A stretch of 64,000 bases of DNA. Origin: Eledone cirrhosa (Eukaryota). The DNA is taken from positions 54,064,001 through 54,128,000 of the forward strand of contig OZ024742.1 of the NCBI GenBank assembly GCA_964016885.1. Direction: 5' to 3'. The notes beneath the pieces were generated by a model that saw only the letters and a list, made by a program, of their open reading frames with translations, searched no databases and was not told the origin of the DNA. The first letter of the stretch is position 1. Every line of letters begins with the position of its first letter. Positions 59,022 through 64,000 of the stretch are shown here, piece after piece. A program made the position numbers and the translations under genes.

Positions 59022-59494
59022 AAAATGTCCAAGACCCCGGGGTCTTGAATATTTACCTATTACCCATTCTCATTTTCCTATTACCCATTCTACCCTAAGT
59101 ATTGAGTACTCTGGTGCGTTATGGTCCATCTGGTTCCTTACCACTCTTCCTCCGTTATATATGTATATAAATGTCTAAAAATATTGATAACCAGGAGATG
59201 AAGGGGGCCCCACCTACATAAAATGATTTCAACTTGTACAAAAATCCCTAGAGATCTAATTGACATTATATACATATATATATATGTGTGTGTGTGTGTG
59301 TGTATCCATATACATATGTATATGTATGTATATGTATTGGTACACATATATATGTATATGTATGTATATGTATAGGTACATGGAGTTGCGACCGATAGAT
59401 AGTATTAGCAATTGGAACGAACAATGGAAGCATCGTTTCTCCGGTTCGATTAGACGAAAGTCGATCGACTAAGAAGATATATATTGATGTGTGT

Positions 59495-59509
59495 ATCTAT
59501 CTATGTATG

Positions 59510-59584
<75 letters not shown>

Positions 59585-59604
59585 TTATCTATCTATCTAT
59601 GTAT
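59495..59604. repeat. (CTAT)n microsatellite
   Basis: Direct reading. Confidence 0.95.
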
Positions 59605-60953
59605 TTACTACCGCCTGACCGTAGTGCCCTGCCCAAGGGAAACCCTCACCAAGATGGAGCGCGCGCTCTTCCAATTCCTTTGGAAGAGGCGGGCTCCTAT
59701 GGTGAGGAGATCCATCTGCTGTCAACACCCTTCGAAAGGAGGGCTGGGGATGCCGTGGCTAATGATGCGTAAACACGCATTAAGGCTACGGCACCTCTAC
59801 GTATTCCTCACCGGACAACCGGTGTGGGCCTCGTTTGTGAGACGAACCTTTCCCAGACTCGTCTCACTCACCGAGCTGCAATCCTGGGTCAAGCAAAGAC
59901 CGAGAAAACTGGGCGCCTGGCACACTGAGTGTGCCCAGGCGCTCACCGCCCTCTGGCAGGCGGATCCGGTTATCAGTGGAGACTCCACCGCAACATTCTA
60001 TAGAGGGCTGGTACGCAGCAGGTGCGACGACGCCCTCGGAGAAGCCCTAGACATGGAGGAGGACGAACTGGCCAGCCTGTTCGGTAGGACATTCAGCCCG
60101 GGACCTATGGACAACTTCCAGAAGTCCCTGGCCTGGCAGTGCTACCGAGGAGCTTTACCCGTTCGAGAAAGGCTCTACAGACACGGGCGCCCGGGTAGGG
60201 ACCCCGCCAAAAAGATCTGTCCCAGATGCGTGTGCGACGAGGAAACCGTTGCACACGCATTGGTACACTGCTCGGGCGTAGCCGATCTGTGGGGCTATGT
60301 CGAACAACTGCTGTCAAGGGTGGGACCGATCCGGTTGACCACCGAGTCTATTGTAATGATCAAGCCGCCTCCCCCCTTCAAAGATGAAGCAGAGGCGGTG
60401 TTTCTGTGCGTAATAGCCATGGCGAAAGAGGTTGTATGGTGGACGCGTCTGAAAGGACTGAGGTCAGGCACCTTTCTCTCTGGCCAACAACTGGTCCGTT
60501 TCTTCCGATATCATTTCGGAAGAAGGATCAGGATGGAGAGAGAGGTGCTGCACCCCAGTCGTTTTTATGAACGGTGGGTGAAAGTGGCGAGAATGGCCCG
60601 TGTGAATGGGCCTTCTCTTTACATAAGCCTGTAGGTGGAAAAGAGGAAGGAACGAGGGAGCACCCCCTCTCTGTGCTCCTGAGGAAAAGGGTTGCACACT
60701 TTTTTCGGGGGTGTGTGCGACCCCCCAAGGCGCCTCCTCTCTATTGAGGATTTTGTTATAAATTTTATTTTTTGTTATATTTTATAACAAAATCCTCTAT
60801 TGAGGATTTTGTTATAATTCTATTTTTTGTTATATTTTATTTTATTTTTATATATTGTTATTGCCTCCTCCCTATTGAGGACGCCTTGTTTTGTAAACTC
60901 CCCCCATTGTACTTGTCCCACTTTTGATGCCCTTGTGGCAAATAAAAGAAACA
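59605..60953 (+). mobile_element. Tx1/L1-clade LINE 3' fragment with intact C-terminal ORF (zf-RVT)
   Basis: LFQFLWK..KGGLGMP..WQCYRGALPV..CPRC..EETVAHALVHC..LW; stop at 60634; aataaaagaaa end; GC-rich. Confidence 0.9.
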
Positions 60954-61151
60954 TATCTATGTATTTATGTATCAATCTATGTATCTATCTATCTATATAT
61001 ATTGAGTATATGTTGGTTGTTTACCGACACCTGAGTATGCAGTTGGGGTACTCGACGAAATACGCAGGTTGGTTTGTTTACTCCGGAGTAATGTAAAATA
61101 ATTAAGTCAAATATGTAAAATTTGGCTTCGTTTATTATAAATTATAGATAC

Positions 61152-61206
61152 ACTGCTATATATATTTCGGTGACAGCCATCATTGACTGTGACCTCTTCA
61201 GGCAGT
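61152..61206 (-). ncRNA. Hammerhead ribozyme
   Basis: actgc-CTGAAGA-GGTCACAGTCA-atga-TGGCTGTCACC-GAAA-TATATA-TA-gcagt. Confidence 0.82.
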
Positions 61207-61495
61207 TCGAATTGGTGTGGGAAAGAGAGGTGCACATGTTGTTGAAGTTATTTTCACTCCGTCAATACATCGATATGTCCAGATCCTGTAGACTATATTT
61301 AACCTGTAGACTATGTTTAACCTGTAGACTATATTTTAACCTGTAATCCTTGTTTCATTTCCATTATACCTCAATTCTCCCCCCTCTCTCTTACTCTCTG
61401 TGTTATTTGAATCTACTATGACTTGTGCTTACCTTATTCATATATATATCCTGTTGTATGCCAGTTAAATTCAAACTTACAATGATTGGCATTAT

Positions 61496-61634
<139 letters not shown>

Positions 61635-61646
61635 CTTATATATATA

Positions 61647-62631
61647 CAGTGGCGGACTGGGTCTAAAAATATTGGTTGCCAGGTGATGAAGGGCTCACGC
61701 CTACATATAGAATGATATCATTTATAATGAACTACCAGTGGTACCCGGCGTTGCACAGTATAAGGTATTTGGAACGGGGGCCGCCAACACACCTAATCGT
61801 GGAAAAACTGCATGACGGACAATATGTAAAGAAAATAAACCGAATACTCTGATGGCTGCATAATCTTTAAGATTTTCCTCGATGAAGAAGGAAAAATGCA
61901 GGTTATCACCTAATGCGGGTCCTAGGGGATCAAGAAAATGAATTTTTTTTATGTGCATAATATGCCTTGAAATTTCGGAAAAATCGGCTAGACGTAACGC
62001 CTCAAAAAACCCCTAAAAAGCTGAAAATTGAAATTTTCCACCTAATACAGGCCCTAGGCCATAAAAAAGTTGGATTTTCTTTGCTCACGGTATGAAGAAG
62101 AGACTGACTAATACATAGTTACAATTTCAATGAAATCGGTCTGACGTAATGCCTAAAAAAATCCCATAAAAGGTTGAAAAAACGCAGTTTTTCACCTAGG
62201 AAATCAACAAAAAGTTGAATGTTTTTATGTGCCCAACACTCCTTGAAACATAAGTAATACACATGTAAAGTTTGAAACAAATCGGTTGGCTACTTCTCGA
62301 GTTTTAGGGATTCAAACTTACACACACACACATCCTCAGTTTTATATATATAGATAAATAACATTTTTCCAAAAATACATAAGTGGTAACAAAACAGTGC
62401 AATCAAATTTTTGCGGAAAAATATTTTACCTTCTCCAATAAAAAATATTAAGTATTTTACGAAATCCAGAGACTTTCAATAATGAGTTTCGGTCTTTCAC
62501 ACTCACTCAATATATATATATGGGAGTGCGTGTATATGTGTGCATGTAAATGAGTATATATAGATTTATATGTATACATAACATCCTAGGGATCTGATTG
62601 ACACTGTTTCTCTATATATATACATGCATAG

Positions 62632-62716
<85 letters not shown>

Positions 62717-62961
62717 ATTCTTGTTTGTATCGATTCTCCAGAACATTTCAAAATATTTACAATTTATAGAAAATACTCTTCACATGGTCTGTATATGTTA
62801 TATGTTTATGTGTATGTATATATGTATAATTATTTGTATATGTATATATATATATATATATATACACACAAATACTTATACATATATATATATATATACA
62901 CACACACACAAACAATTAAAAAAGCATTTGGTCAACCAATTCCCCAGGGAATTAATAGAAA

Positions 62962-63043
<82 letters not shown>

Positions 63044-63264
63044 TTTCTATTAATTCCCCGGGGGATTGGTTGACCAAATGCTTTGCTTAATTGTTTTATT
63101 TATTTTTAGAAACATTTTACTCTTTCTCTTAGACTTCAGGTATTTTTCGAAAGCTAAGCATTGGCCCCTAAAATACTACAGTGGGCCCTGCAATGCTACT
63201 CTGGGTACCTGCATTGCCACCGTGGGGCCCTTGGCAACCTGGCAACCTGGCCCGTCCGCCACTG
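61647..63264. mobile_element. TIR non-autonomous DNA transposon (hAT-like MITE) with nested Helitron
   Basis: TIRs CAGTGGCGGAC(T)GGG and CCCGTCCGCCACTG; tatatata on both flanks. Confidence 0.8.
61732..62354 (-). mobile_element. Non-autonomous Helitron inserted at A|T without TSD
   Basis: The empty site ataatgaA|Taaataac is visible in the paralog near 52465. The insert starts TCTATA and ends GCAACGCCGGG..GTAG on the minus strand. Confidence 0.82.
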
Positions 63265-63327
63265 TATATATATATATATATAGTGACGAAACATAAGTCA
63301 ATTGCATGAACTCATAATCCTTTATTT

Positions 63328-63383
63328 ACTGCTATAAATATTTCGATGATAACCATTGAATGGCTACGACCTCATCAGGCAGT
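63328..63383 (-). ncRNA. Hammerhead ribozyme (family of 61152)
   Basis: actgc-CTGATGA-GGTCGTAGCCA-ttcaa-TGGTTATCATC-GAAA-TATTTA-TA-gcagt; stem II covaries. Confidence 0.8.
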
Positions 63384-64000
63384 TAGTCAGTTCTTAGATA
63401 TGCCAGCTCTGTGTTTATAGTGTTGATGGTATCAGAGCCTTGGGACATATATTTCTGTTTATCTTTGTAAACAGAAATAACAACACAATCGGTACAGTAT
63501 ATGGAAGGGATATTATTTGTTTGTTAAAATAATCAAATTAAATTAATTCAACAATTAAACCCACATAGGAATAATAAGCTGTAAATGTATATGTATATAC
63601 AGTAGTTGTCTCTTTGGCCTATCTGTAAGTAGTAGAGACCGTGGAGTTCCTGGCCTTGGGTTTAATACTGGTCAAGAGGAAAATGTAAGCTTTTTTTCAG
63701 CTTTTATTTTACATCCCAAAGAAAAAACGGAAAATGTTTACCGGGTCCTTGCTCCCTACCCTGATCGGACTTCAGTCCATGATCACCACTGTCTAGCATC
63801 CCTCCAACTAGGCTGCTGAGACAGTTACAAAAGTATAACTCAAATTAATAATTATAAACTTATTTTCAAAATCAAACTTAAAATAGCTTTCCTGGAGCTA
63901 TTACTTATATTTACGATCGACTTGTCAATCTTCTGGTTATTCCTATGTTTGTTTAACTGGTGAATTAATTTAATTTGATTATATTAACAAACAAATAATA

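Noticed and set aside
59489-59604. N-terminal 40 aa of the 381-aa ORF
   Set aside because: (CTAT)n translation fused in frame to a 5'-truncated LINE; not a real start

Overview
AT-rich, microsatellite-dense eukaryotic non-coding DNA with no recognisable host exon. The SINE families resemble those I recall from octopod cephalopods (inference). Content: two decayed R4/Dong RLE-LINEs, an RTE LINE, a CRE-type RLE fragment, a young Tx1/L1 3' fragment inserted in (CTAT)n, tRNA-derived SINEs, two Helitron-type elements and a TIR (hAT-like) MITE. Penelope-like element (PLE) material is very dense and sits inside (TA)n tracts, including at least 7 coding fragments, most with GIY-YIG endonuclease sequence. 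The main signal is more than 20 hammerhead-ribozyme (HHR) motifs from about 15 sequence families, with covarying stems. Many lie in non-coding 465-780 nt units present as slightly more than one head-to-tail copy, some with a 5' inversion, and bordered by (TA)n. This fits a diverse population of TA-targeted, retrozyme-like mini-elements mobilised by PLEs. Unusual features include a U.U-closed stem II, 60-100 nt stem II insertions, a permuted HHR-like fold, a shared GAGTRC 3' motif, recurrent fold-back points and in-frame TGA codons at Cys-aligned positions. Nearly all [12 protein letters not shown] ORFs in the supplied track are microsatellite artefacts. All structures were paired by eye and none was computed.
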